A stretch of 52,519 bases of DNA from contig JAOPZW010000375.1 of NCBI GenBank assembly GCA_025963905.1, positions 1-52,519 of the forward strand. Reading direction: 5' to 3'. Below the pieces are notes generated by a model. It worked only from the letters and a program-made list of their open reading frames with translations, was not told the origin of the DNA and searched no databases. A program made the position numbers and the translations under genes. The DNA comes from Solirubrobacterales bacterium. GTDB taxonomy: Bacteria; Actinomycetota; Thermoleophilia; Solirubrobacterales; Solirubrobacteraceae. Shown here piece by piece: positions 16,635 to 25,404 of the stretch. How positions within the stretch are numbered: the stretch's first letter is position 1; the number at the start of each line of letters is the position of its first letter.

Positions 16635-16862
16635 ATGGACACCGACGAGCAGCGGGACCTCGTGCGCAGGCTCATGCGACACCACGCGTTCCCGGCCGGC
16701 GAGGGCGAGGTCGCGGTCTACACGGCGATGGTCGCGCCGGTCACCGCGGAGGTCGCCCGGCTCTACGCGATGGAGGGCATCCGCGAGGTCGAGCCCGCAC
16801 CGACGTTCTGCGCCGCCCCGCGAGACGGGGACTCGTCTGGCGGCGACGGCGCGGCGCCCTAG
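16635..16862 (+). CDS. Small GatC/AtzG-like protein (75 aa), putative amidase partner
   Basis: ATG lies 14 nt after the amidase stop, and the ORF is GC3-rich. The segment AEVARLYAMEGIREVEPAPTF resembles the GatC ...L.EVDT.GVEPT... segment. Confidence 0.5.
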   Translation: MDTDEQRDLVRRLMRHHAFPAGEGEVAVYTAMVAPVTAEVARLYAMEGIREVEPAPTFCAAPRDGDSSGGDGAAP

Positions 16863-16947
16863 CGGGAGGGTCTCCGCCACGCGGTGTTCTCGCCGTCCGT
16901 GAGGGTCTTCGCGACGCAGTCGCCAGCGGACGCGTGCCCGCGCCGAC

Positions 16948-17982
16948 CTACCGGTGAACCCTCCCGAGCGCGCGCGGACCGTAGGCGTACGTGCTGCTAC
17001 GTGTGAGGGCGAACTCGAAGATGCCGATGCCCTGTTGCCCAGACCACTCGAACGCGGTCAGGCGATCGGTCAGCGCGGTGTCGACGGTCTTCGGGGTCAC
17101 GGAGCCGTCGAGCGGATAGACGTCGTGCTCGAGGTGGTCGCGGCCGAGGGGCTTGCCGTGGTGGCCGCCGTAGCCGGCTCCCGCCATGTAGCCGCCGCCG
17201 GCACGGGCGTCGGCGTCGAGGGTGTAGGCCTTGCCCGAGGCGGTGGTCACCTCGACGCGGCCGCCCACGAGATCCAGGTTGTCGTCGAACTCCAGGTCGT
17301 GGCCGACGTCGACGATCGGATCGACGCTGCCGTCGGCGAGCATGACGCCGCCCTCCAGGAGCAGGCGGCTGTGGTCGCGGCCCTCGACGAGGAGGAAGCC
17401 GACGGCGCGGTCGGCGAACTCCGCCTGGTACCAGATGTGCAGGCCCTGGCCGCCCGACATGGTCCGGATGCCGCGCGAGCGATCGCGCACGCCCCACCAG
17501 CCGTCGACCGCGACGGCCGCGCTGTCCAGCGTGAGCGTGCCCTCGTAGCGACCGGGCTGGAAGAGGTGGTCGAACGCCGCGGTGGTCACGTCCCCCTGCT
17601 TGACGTTGACCTCGTCGTACCAGGCCCCGCCGCTCGCGCGCCAGACGAGGTCGAACTCCACGTTGGTGGGGTTGGGCCCGAGCGCGACGTGCCACGCGGT
17701 CATGGGCTCGACCACGTCATAGGAGAACGGGCCGGCGCCGCGGCCGTCGGTCGCGCTGAGCTCGGTCGAGAACCGGACGTTGCGCTGCTCGCCGCCAGTT
17801 GTCACGACGACGAACCCGTCGGCCACGTCCTTGCGCGGGTGGACGCCGAACCCGAAGAGGATCGATGGGTCAGTGCCGGCGCCCGCCGGCGGATGCAGGT
17901 TGAAGACGAAGCGGTCGAAGAAGCGCTCGTGCAGGCTGGGCGCGTCCTTGCGGACCAACGCATCGTGGAACCCGGCCATCAC
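16948..17982 (-). CDS. Third, divergent member of the beta-rich protein family
   Basis: 344 aa. [30 protein letters not shown] aligns with GRVTGEFELRGRRYRVDCVDGMDHSWGPR of 4870..5904. It is followed by a similar W/F-rich block ([10 protein letters not shown] vs WMHVTFGDD). ATGA overlap with the upstream B12-binding gene. Confidence 0.8.
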   Translation of the reverse strand: MMAGFHDALVRKDAPSLHERFFDRFVFNLHPPAGAGTDPSILFGFGVHPRKDVADGFVVVTTGGEQRNVRFSTELSATDGRGAGPFSYDVVEPMTAWHVALGPNPTNVEFDLVWRASGGAWYDEVNVKQGDVTTAAFDHLFQPGRYEGTLTLDSAAVAVDGWWGVRDRSRGIRTMSGGQGLHIWYQAEFADRAVGFLLVEGRDHSRLLLEGGVMLADGSVDPIVDVGHDLEFDDNLDLVGGRVEVTTASGKAYTLDADARAGGGYMAGAGYGGHHGKPLGRDHLEHDVYPLDGSVTPKTVDTALTDRLTAFEWSGQQGIGIFEFALTRSSTYAYGPRALGRVHR

Positions 17983-18404
17983 GCCACCCGCACCGCGACG
18001 ACGGCGGACCCGATGAAGTCGATGATGTCCTGCGTCGGCGCGCCCGGCGTGAAGACCTCGGCAACCCCGAGGTCCTTCAGCGGCGCGATGTCGTCGTTGG
18101 GGATCGTGCCCCCGACCGTGACGAGGACGTCGTCGATGCCCTGCTCCTTGAGCAGCTGCACGATGCGGGGCACCAGCGTCATGTGGGCCCCGGAGAGGAT
18201 CGACAGCCCGACGGCGTCGGCGTCCTCCTGGATGACGGTCTCGACGATCTGCTCCGGGGTCTGGTGCAGCCCGGTGTAGATCACCTCCATGCCGGCGTCG
18301 CGCAAGGCGCGCGCGATGATCTTGGCTCCGCGGTCGTGGCCGTCGAGACCCGGCTTGGCGACGACGACGCGGATCTTGCGCTGAGGAGGTGCGGCAGCGG
18401 CCAT
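17979..18404 (-). CDS. Stand-alone cobalamin (B12)-binding domain protein (acyl-CoA mutase small-subunit type)
   Basis: 141 aa. Contains [36 protein letters not shown] (the DxHxxG B12 motif) and ...GLSILSGAH...VTVGGTIP. Confidence 0.9.
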   Translation of the reverse strand: MAAAAPPQRKIRVVVAKPGLDGHDRGAKIIARALRDAGMEVIYTGLHQTPEQIVETVIQEDADAVGLSILSGAHMTLVPRIVQLLKEQGIDDVLVTVGGTIPNDDIAPLKDLGVAEVFTPGAPTQDIIDFIGSAVVAVRVA

Positions 18405-18414
18405 GTCGGCTATG

Positions 18415-18429
18415 CTAACGATCGTTCAC
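18415..18429. promoter_or_regulatory. Operator site 1: CTAACGATCGTTCAC (palindromic core AACGATCGTT at 18417..18426)
   Basis: On the minus strand it reads GTGAACGATCGTTAGCAT-AGCCGAC-ATG(18404), so the motif overlaps a TANNNT -10 box 7 nt from the start codon. Confidence 0.6.
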
Positions 18430-18456
18430 TCAGGACGCCAGGTGAGGGAGGCCAGG

Positions 18457-19194
18457 ATGCGCGACATCGCGCTCGTCGACACGTTCAACCTGCGCGACCT
18501 CGGCGGCTATCCCACGGTCGACGGCCGGCATGTCCGCTGGCGGCGCCTCTTCCGCGGCGCCGGGCTGCAGCGCCTGGACGGGGACGACCTGGAGATGGTG
18601 CGGGCGCTCGGCATCGTCACCGCGATCGACCTGCGCACCGACGGCGAGGTCGAGGCCACCGGCACCTACCCGGTCGGCCGGCTGCCCGCGACGTTCCACC
18701 ACCTGCCGATGATCGAGCGCATCTGGGACCTCGACGGTCTGGACCCCGGCGCGCTGGCCCACGATTACCTCGTGGACCGCTACCGCGACATGCTCGCGGA
18801 GGGCGCGCCGACCATCGCCACCATCATGGACCTCCTGACCCGCCCGGGCGCGCTCCCCGCCGCGTTCTACTGCGCCGCCGGCAAGGACCGGACCGGCGTG
18901 CTCGCGGCCCTCGTCCTGGGCGCGCTGGGCGTGGAGCCGGCCGCGATCGTCGCCGACTACCACCTGTCCAAGGAGCGGGTCGAGCGCATCCGGGCGCGTG
19001 CTCTCGCGGCGTCCGGCGCCGGCGCATCGGCGATGGTCGCCCAGCCGCCCGCGTTCATGCAGGCGCCGGCCGAGACGATGCAGCTGCTGCTGGCGTGGAT
19101 CGACGAGGTCCACGGCTCGACGCCGGGCTACCTCGCCTCGATCGGCGTCGCGCCGGCGACCGTCGACGCGCTGCGGGCCGCGCTGCTGGGGTGA
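18457..19194 (+). CDS. Protein-tyrosine/dual-specificity phosphatase-fold protein (Y_phosphatase3-like)
   Basis: CX5R active-site loop YCAAGKDRTG. N-terminal NLRDLGGY block. ATG 18457 is preceded by GAGGGAGG. Confidence 0.85.
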   Translation: MRDIALVDTFNLRDLGGYPTVDGRHVRWRRLFRGAGLQRLDGDDLEMVRALGIVTAIDLRTDGEVEATGTYPVGRLPATFHHLPMIERIWDLDGLDPGALAHDYLVDRYRDMLAEGAPTIATIMDLLTRPGALPAAFYCAAGKDRTGVLAALVLGALGVEPAAIVADYHLSKERVERIRARALAASGAGASAMVAQPPAFMQAPAETMQLLLAWIDEVHGSTPGYLASIGVAPATVDALRAALLG

Positions 19195-19204
19195 CCGCGC
19201 GCGT

Positions 19205-19220
19205 TTGGAGATCCCTCCAA
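19205..19220. promoter_or_regulatory. Palindromic motif A: TTGGAGATCCCTCCAA
   Basis: 15 of 16 positions are identical to 48969..48984. It lies 55 nt upstream of ATG 19276. The extended match GTTTGGAGATC...CGCCCGAC(C)AAC is shared with 49808..49836. Confidence 0.45.
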
Positions 19221-19275
19221 CGCCCGACCAACTCCACCGACAACGAGCGATGTGTCTTCGCCTAGCGTCGCCGTC

Positions 19276-20037
19276 ATGGCCCAGCGCTTGGATGGGACGG
19301 TCGCCCTGGTCACCGGTGCGAGCTCCGGCATCGGGGAGGCGACCGCTCGCGCGCTGGCCGGCGAGGGTGCGTCGGTGGCCCTCGTGGCACGCCGCGCCGG
19401 CCGGCTCTCCGCGCTCGCGGACGAGCTGGCCGGCGCCGGCGCGACCGCGCTGGCGATCGACGCCGACATCACCGACCAGGCGCAGGCCGCCGCCGCGGTC
19501 CAGCGCACCGTCGACGGGCTCGGCCGCCTCGACGTGGTGGTCAACAACGCGGGGGCGATGCTCAACGGGCCGATCGTCGGCGCGCCGCTGGAGGAGTGGG
19601 ACCGGATGGTCGCGGTCAACGTCAACGGCTTGTTGTACGTGTCCCACGCCGCGCTGCCGCACCTGCTGCGCGCGGCCGAGACCGAGCCGCGCCGCTGTGC
19701 GGACCTCGTGAACATCAGCTCGATCGCCGGCCGCTTCGCCAACCGCGGCGCCGGCGTCTACAACGCCACCAAGTTCGGCGTCCACGCCTTCAGCGAGTCG
19801 CTGCGCCAGGAGGTCACCCAGCGCCACGTGCGCGTCGCGGTGGTCGGCCCGGGCGTGACGGCGACCGAGCTCTTCGGTCACCAGCGGCCGGAGACGCAGG
19901 CGCGCTACGCCAAGATGTTGGCGGGCGTCGAGCCGCTGGACGCCGGCGACATCGCCGAGGCCATCACCTACATCGTGACCCGCCACCGCCGCGTGGCCGT
20001 CAACGAGGTGATCGTCCGGCCGACCGAGCAGGCCTAG
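19276..20037 (+). CDS. Classical short-chain dehydrogenase/reductase (SDR)
   Basis: Contains TGASSGIG, NNAG and S...YNATK. ATG 19276 is preferred over the GTG at 19252, which would give an atypically long N-terminus. Confidence 0.85.
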   Translation: MAQRLDGTVALVTGASSGIGEATARALAGEGASVALVARRAGRLSALADELAGAGATALAIDADITDQAQAAAAVQRTVDGLGRLDVVVNNAGAMLNGPIVGAPLEEWDRMVAVNVNGLLYVSHAALPHLLRAAETEPRRCADLVNISSIAGRFANRGAGVYNATKFGVHAFSESLRQEVTQRHVRVAVVGPGVTATELFGHQRPETQARYAKMLAGVEPLDAGDIAEAITYIVTRHRRVAVNEVIVRPTEQA

Positions 20038-20039
20038 GA

Positions 20040-20774
20040 CTAGTAGGAGATCGGCCCGCGCACGCCGCCGCCGGCCGCGATCGCGTCGCCGGTGATCGGC
20101 ACGCTGCGCGGGCTGGCGAGGAACGCGACGACGTCGGCGACCTCGGCCGCGTCGACCATCCGGCCGATGACGTTGCCCGACCCGTCCGCGTCGGGCGGGG
20201 TGCGCTCGGTGCGCGTCATGCCCGGATGGACGACCGTGACGTTGATCCCGGCCGGACCCAGCTCGTCGGCGAGGTTCTTGGTCATCGCCGCCACCGCGAC
20301 GTTGCGGACGGAGCCGACGACGGTGCCGCTCATCCGCGCGGCTAGCCCGGCGATGTTGATGATCCGGCCCCAGCCGCTCTCGGCCATCCCGGGCGCGAAC
20401 GCGCGGGCGCAGCGGAGGTAGCCCGCGACCTTCACGTTCACTTCCGTCGCGAGGTCGTCGTCGCGCAGCGGGGCGCCGGTGTTCGGCCGGGCCGCCGCGC
20501 AGACCAGGATGTCGATCGGGCCGCCGAGCTCGACCACCGCCCGCGCCGCCATGGCGGTCACGGCATCGTCATCGCCCGTGTCGGCCGGGAGCGCGACGAC
20601 GCGCCGGCCGGACGCGGCCGCCAGCTCGGCCGCGGTCGCCTCCGCCACATCACCGTCCCGCGCGACAAGCCCGACATCACAGCCCTCGGCCGCCAGCGCC
20701 GCGGCGACCGCCTTCCCGATGCCCTTGCTGCCGCCCGTCACGACGGCGCGGCGCCCCGTCAACTTGAGGTCCAT
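20040..20774 (-). CDS. SDR-fold protein with a substituted catalytic triad (likely non-canonical or non-catalytic)
   Basis: The Rossmann motif TGGSKGIG is intact. There is no YxxxK anywhere. By manual alignment Ser->Ala (NIAG), Tyr->Ser and Lys->Val (GSVRNV). Confidence 0.85.
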   Translation of the reverse strand: MDLKLTGRRAVVTGGSKGIGKAVAAALAAEGCDVGLVARDGDVAEATAAELAAASGRRVVALPADTGDDDAVTAMAARAVVELGGPIDILVCAAARPNTGAPLRDDDLATEVNVKVAGYLRCARAFAPGMAESGWGRIINIAGLAARMSGTVVGSVRNVAVAAMTKNLADELGPAGINVTVVHPGMTRTERTPPDADGSGNVIGRMVDAAEVADVVAFLASPRSVPITGDAIAAGGGVRGPISY

Positions 20775-20783
20775 GCCAAGACC

Positions 20784-21947
20784 CTACGCGCGCGGCTCGG
20801 CGAGCCCGAGCGAGCGCCCGACCAGCTCCAGCATGATCTCGCTCGTCCCGCCGAGGATGCGCTTGATCCGCGCGTCCGCGTAGGAACGGGCGATCGGGTA
20901 CTCCATCATGTAGCCGTAGCCGCCGTGCAGCTGCAGGCACGCGTCGATGATCCGCCCCTGCGCCTCGGTTGCCCACCATTTGGCCACGGCCGCGTCCTCG
21001 GCGCTGAGCTCGCCGCGGACGTGCGCCTCGATCGCGGCGTCGACGTGCGCGGTCGTCACCTGCGCCTCGCCGTGGCATGCGGCGAGCTTGAAGCGCGAGT
21101 TCTGGAACGTGCCGACCGGCCGGCCGAACGCGGTGCGCTCCTTGACGTAGTCGAGCGTGCGCTCCAGCGCGCCCCGCGCGGCGGCGACCGACGCGACCGC
21201 GATCGCCAGCCGCTCCTGCGCGAGGTTCTGCATCAGGTGGGTGAACCCGCGGCCCTCCTCGCCGATCAGGTTTTCACCAGGGACCTCGACCTCGTCGAAG
21301 AACAGCTCTGCGGTGTCCTGGGAGTGCGACCCGAGCTTGTCGAGGTTGCGCCCGCGCGAGAAGCCCTCCATGCCGTCCTCGAGCATCAGCAGCGAGATGT
21401 CGCTCGGCCGGCCGGTCGTGCCGGTGCGCACGGCGGTGATGATCACGTCGGCGTTGATGCCGTTCGAGATGAAGGTCTTGGCGCCCGACACGATGTAGTT
21501 GCCGTTCGACTTGCGGGCCCGCGTTCCGATCCCGGCGACGTCGGAGCCGGTCGACGGCTCGGTCATGGCGATGCCGGCGATGAGGTCGCCGTTGGCCAAT
21601 CCGGGCAGCCAGCGCTCCTTCTGCTCGGGATCGCCGAGCTCCAACACGTAGGGGAGGGCGACGTCGCTGTGCACCGACATCGCCATCTCGACGCCGACGA
21701 ACCCGCGCTCGGCCGCCTCCTCCAACAACACCGTGTTGAAGCGGAAGTCGTCGGCGCCGGCGCCGCCGAACTCCTCCGGCACCGCGGGGCCGAGGAAGCC
21801 GAGGCGGCCCCAGTGCCGCAGCACCTCGCGCGGGATCAGCCCCGCGCGCTCCCAGTCGTCGTAGACCGGCGCGACCTCCCGGTCCAGGTAGGAGCCAAAC
21901 GTCTCGCGGAGGGCCTCGTGCTCGTCGGTGAAGATCGTGCGCCGCAT
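20784..21947 (-). CDS. Acyl-CoA dehydrogenase (FAD-dependent; IVD/LCAD-like placement of the catalytic base)
   Basis: 387 aa. Contains MTEPSTGSD, FGRPVGTFQ and a C-terminal RILGGTSEIM (Gly where MCAD-type enzymes have the Glu). QERLAIA offers a candidate alternative base. Confidence 0.92.
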   Translation of the reverse strand: MRRTIFTDEHEALRETFGSYLDREVAPVYDDWERAGLIPREVLRHWGRLGFLGPAVPEEFGGAGADDFRFNTVLLEEAAERGFVGVEMAMSVHSDVALPYVLELGDPEQKERWLPGLANGDLIAGIAMTEPSTGSDVAGIGTRARKSNGNYIVSGAKTFISNGINADVIITAVRTGTTGRPSDISLLMLEDGMEGFSRGRNLDKLGSHSQDTAELFFDEVEVPGENLIGEEGRGFTHLMQNLAQERLAIAVASVAAARGALERTLDYVKERTAFGRPVGTFQNSRFKLAACHGEAQVTTAHVDAAIEAHVRGELSAEDAAVAKWWATEAQGRIIDACLQLHGGYGYMMEYPIARSYADARIKRILGGTSEIMLELVGRSLGLAEPRA

Positions 21948-21958
21948 GGCGACGACTG

Positions 21959-21973
21959 TAAACGATCGTTCAC
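21959..21973. promoter_or_regulatory. Operator site 2: TAAACGATCGTTCAC
   Basis: Minus strand: GTGAACGATCGTT-TACAGT-CGTCGCC-ATG(21947). Plus strand: TACTGT (21983..21988) + 6 nt + ATG 21995. Confidence 0.65.
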
Positions 21974-21994
21974 TGGCAGTGCTACTGTTCGCGC

Positions 21995-22930
21995 ATGGCG
22001 ACCACTGGCCCCGAGGACTTCCCGGCGCGGGTGACGGTGCGGGAGGTCGGTCCGCGCGACGGCTTCCAGAACGAGCCCGAGTCGATCCCGACGTCCGACA
22101 AGGTCCGGCTCATCGACGCGCTCGCCCGCACCGGCCTGACGCGCGTGGAGGTCGGCAGCTTCGTCCGCGCCGACGTCATCCCGCAGCTGGCCGACGGCGC
22201 CGAGGTGCTCGCCGGCATCGCGATCCCCGACGGCGTCGACGTCGCAGTGCTGGTGCCCAACCAGCGCGGCTGGGAGGCGGCGCTGCCGCACAAGGACCGC
22301 TTCGACGAGGTCATCGTCTTCCTCAGCGCGTCCGAGACGCACAACGTGAAGAACATCAACCGGCCGGTCGCCGACTCGCTCGCGACCGTCGAGTCGCTGC
22401 TGGGCCAGGTCCGCGACGCCGGCATCCGCCCGTTGGCGAGCATCGCCACGTCGTTCGGCTGCCCGTACGAGGGCCACGTCGACCCCAAGCGCGTCTACGA
22501 GTTGGCCGGGCGCATGGCCGCCGCGGGCGCCGAGGAGATCAGTTTCGGCGACACCACCGGCATGGCCAACCCGCGCCAGGTCCGGACCTTCTACGAGGAG
22601 GCGCTCGAGCGCCTGCCGGGCGTCGAGCTGACCGCCCACTTCCACAATACGCGCGGCTCGGCGCTGGCCAACGCGCTGGCCGCGCTGGAGGCCGGCGTCA
22701 CGAGCTTCGAGTCGAGCTTCGGCGAGCTGGGCGGCTGCCCGGTCCCGCCGGGATCGACCGGGAACATCGCAACCGAGGACCTGATCTCCATGCTCCACGA
22801 GATGGGCGTCGACACCGGCGTCGACCTCGCCAAGCTGCTCGACGCCAGCCGGGACGTGCAGCGCGTCCTGGGCCGCCCGCTGGGCAGCCACGTCCTGACC
22901 GCCGGACCGGTGGAGTGGGCCGATGAGTGA
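21995..22930 (+). CDS. Hydroxymethylglutaryl-CoA lyase
   Basis: Contains VREVGPRDGFQNE, HFHNTRG, GGCP and TGNIATEDL. Confidence 0.92.
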   Translation: MATTGPEDFPARVTVREVGPRDGFQNEPESIPTSDKVRLIDALARTGLTRVEVGSFVRADVIPQLADGAEVLAGIAIPDGVDVAVLVPNQRGWEAALPHKDRFDEVIVFLSASETHNVKNINRPVADSLATVESLLGQVRDAGIRPLASIATSFGCPYEGHVDPKRVYELAGRMAAAGAEEISFGDTTGMANPRQVRTFYEEALERLPGVELTAHFHNTRGSALANALAALEAGVTSFESSFGELGGCPVPPGSTGNIATEDLISMLHEMGVDTGVDLAKLLDASRDVQRVLGRPLGSHVLTAGPVEWADE

Positions 22931-23714
22931 CACGACCGTCGCCGCCGACGCGGTCAGCTGGGCGCAGGACAGCGACGGCGTCCTGACGATTCTGCTGAAC
23001 CGCCCACCGGCCAATGCGCTCGGGCTCCCGCTGATCGAGGGGCTGACGGCCGCGCTGGACCACGCCGACGCAACGCCCGCCGTCAAGGTGATCGTCGTCG
23101 CGTCGCGGATCGACGGGTTCTTCGCCGCGGGCGCCGACATCAAGCACATGGGGTCGATTGACGCCGAGGAGTTCGCCGCCTACGGCCGCGCGCTGCGGGC
23201 GCCCCTCAACCGCCTCGCGGTGTCCGAGCGCGTCTCGATCGCGGCGATCGACGGGCTGGCGCTCGGCGGCGGCCTGGAGCTCGCGATGGCCTGCACGCTG
23301 CGGGTCGGCAGCCGGCGTGCGAGCTTCGGCCTGCCCGAGGTCAAGTTGGGGTTGATCCCCGGCGCGGGCGGCACGCAGCGCCTGCCCAAGCTCGTCGGGC
23401 GCGGCCGCGCATTGGACATCATGTTGACCGCCCGCCAGCTCGAGGCCGCCCAGGCGCACGCCATCGGCCTGATCGACCGGCTGGTCGACGACGGGCAGGC
23501 GGAGCCGCACGCGTTCGCGATGGCGCACGAGCTGCGCGCGCTTTCCCAGCCCGCGCTGCAGGCCGTCATCCGCGCGGTCGACGTGTCGTTCGAGGTCCCG
23601 CTGCACCAGGGGCTGGTCCGCGAGGAGCGCCTGGAGCAGGGGCTGTTCGCCGAAGGAGAGGCCGCCGAGGGCATCGCGGCGTTCCTCGAGAAGCGACCGC
23701 CGCGCTTCGCCTGA
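22923..23714 (+). CDS. Enoyl-CoA hydratase/isomerase (crotonase) family protein
   Basis: Contains FFAAGADIK, GLALGGGLELAMAC and EGIAAFLEKRPPRF. 8-nt overlap with the lyase gene. Confidence 0.9.
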   Translation: MSDTTVAADAVSWAQDSDGVLTILLNRPPANALGLPLIEGLTAALDHADATPAVKVIVVASRIDGFFAAGADIKHMGSIDAEEFAAYGRALRAPLNRLAVSERVSIAAIDGLALGGGLELAMACTLRVGSRRASFGLPEVKLGLIPGAGGTQRLPKLVGRGRALDIMLTARQLEAAQAHAIGLIDRLVDDGQAEPHAFAMAHELRALSQPALQAVIRAVDVSFEVPLHQGLVREERLEQGLFAEGEAAEGIAAFLEKRPPRFA

Positions 23715-23736
23715 GGGCCGGCGATGACGACCTTCG

Positions 23737-25404
23737 ATGTCACGAGCCTGCACGGCCGCCGCGCCGACGCGCGCTTCAACCGTCTCGCCGGTCGGCGACC
23801 TCCTGGAGCGCGTCACGTGGGTATCGCCGGACCAGGAGGCGCTGGTCGGCTGGGAGGGCGCGTACGGCGAGCACGCCTTCGCGCGCGTGACCTACCGGCA
23901 GGCCGACGCGACCGCCAACCGCGTCGCCCGCGCGCTGCTCGCCGCCGGCCTGCGGCGCAGCGACCGCGTGATCATGTACTGCGACAACTCGGTCGAGGCA
24001 CTGCTCACGCTCGTCGGGATCGCCAAGGCGGGCCTGGTCGCCGTCCCGGTCAACCCGCTGATGGCGCCCGACGTCCTGCGGTGGGCGATCGAGCACGTCG
24101 AGGCGCGCTTCGCGATCGTCGACGCCGGCCTCTACCCGCGCGGCGCGCGTGCGTTCTCCGCCGCCGGCCTGGCGCCCGCGGTGACGATCCCGATCGGCGG
24201 CGACGAGCCTGCGGCCGGCGGTGTCCTGTTCTCCAACTGGCTCGCGGGCCACCCGGCGACCGAGGTCGAGGTCGCCGGCCCGCCGATCCACGCCGACGAC
24301 GTGTGGTCGCTGACCTTCACGTCGGGCACGACGGCGATGCCCAAGGCGGTCATGACGACGCACATGTACTCCTACATGGCGACCCAGACCTACACCTTGA
24401 GCTACCACCGCGGGCTGCTGCGGCCCAACCAGATGCGGGTCTGCAGCTTCCTGCCGATCGTCTACCACTGCGGCCATCACGCCGCGCTGTTGTCGGCGTG
24501 GATGGGCGGCGGCACCGCGATCGTCGGCCGCCGGCCCGACGCGCAGGGGATCGTCGGCGCGATCACGCGCGAGCGGGCGACGGCGCTCTGGGCGGGCTCG
24601 CCGATCCTGCTGACCGGCGTCGCCGACGCGGCCGAGGCGGACCCGGCCAGCGACCTGGCGAGCCTGACCGTCGCGCTGTACTCGTGGGCGACCATGCACC
24701 CCGACCTCGTCGCGCGCCTGCGTGCGCTGGCGGGCGACGACCTCGGACTCGTCGAGGTGTTCGGCCAGACCGAGGCCATGTCCTCGTTCCGCTTCTGGGC
24801 CGACGAGTGGCCGGAGAAGGTGGCGTCCTCGCGCGGGACGGTCAACCACGTCGGCGCGCCGACGCCGGTCATCGCCGCCGCGATCGTCGACGACCAGATG
24901 AACGACCTGCGCGACCGGCCGGGTGTGCCCGGCGAGGCCGTCTTCCGCGGCCCGGCGCTGGCCGCCGGCTACTACAAGGACGAGGCCGCGACCCGCGCGG
25001 CGTTCGACGGCGGCTGGTTCCACTCGGGCGACAGCTGCACCTACGAGCCCGACGGCCAGATGATCATGGTCGACCGGTACAAGGACGTGGTGAAGTCCGG
25101 CGGCGAGAACGTGTCCAGCCAGCGGGTCGAGGGCGCGGTGCTGCAGCATCCCGACGTCGCCCGTGTGGCGGTCATCGGCGTGCCGCACGACAAGTGGGGC
25201 GAGCTGGTGGCGGCGGTCGTCGTCGCGCGCGAGGGCGCGACGGTCGACGCGCAGGAGCTCACCGCCTTCTGCCGCGAGCGGCTGGCCGGCTACGAGACGC
25301 CAAAGCTCGTCTTCGCCGTCGACGAGCTGCCCGAGACGGTCGGCGGCAAGGTGTTGAAGTACAAGCTGCGCGAGCGCTATCGCGCGGCCGGCGCCACCGT
25401 CTAG
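23737..25404 (+). CDS. AMP-dependent acyl-CoA synthetase/ligase
   Basis: Contains FTSGTTAMPKAV, GWFHSGD, DRYKDVVKSGGENV and a terminal GKVLKYKLR. Confidence 0.9.
   Translation: MSRACTAAAPTRASTVSPVGDLLERVTWVSPDQEALVGWEGAYGEHAFARVTYRQADATANRVARALLAAGLRRSDRVIMYCDNSVEALLTLVGIAKAGLVAVPVNPLMAPDVLRWAIEHVEARFAIVDAGLYPRGARAFSAAGLAPAVTIPIGGDEPAAGGVLFSNWLAGHPATEVEVAGPPIHADDVWSLTFTSGTTAMPKAVMTTHMYSYMATQTYTLSYHRGLLRPNQMRVCSFLPIVYHCGHHAALLSAWMGGGTAIVGRRPDAQGIVGAITRERATALWAGSPILLTGVADAAEADPASDLASLTVALYSWATMHPDLVARLRALAGDDLGLVEVFGQTEAMSSFRFWADEWPEKVASSRGTVNHVGAPTPVIAAAIVDDQMNDLRDRPGVPGEAVFRGPALAAGYYKDEAATRAAFDGGWFHSGDSCTYEPDGQMIMVDRYKDVVKSGGENVSSQRVEGAVLQHPDVARVAVIGVPHDKWGELVAAVVVAREGATVDAQELTAFCRERLAGYETPKLVFAVDELPETVGGKVLKYKLRERYRAAGATV

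Noticed and set aside
18405-18456. Possible cobalamin riboswitch upstream of the B12-binding-domain gene
   Set aside because: The whole divergent gap is 52 nt and is occupied by the operator/-10 arrangement. There is no room for a ~200-nt riboswitch and no B12-box-like sequence.
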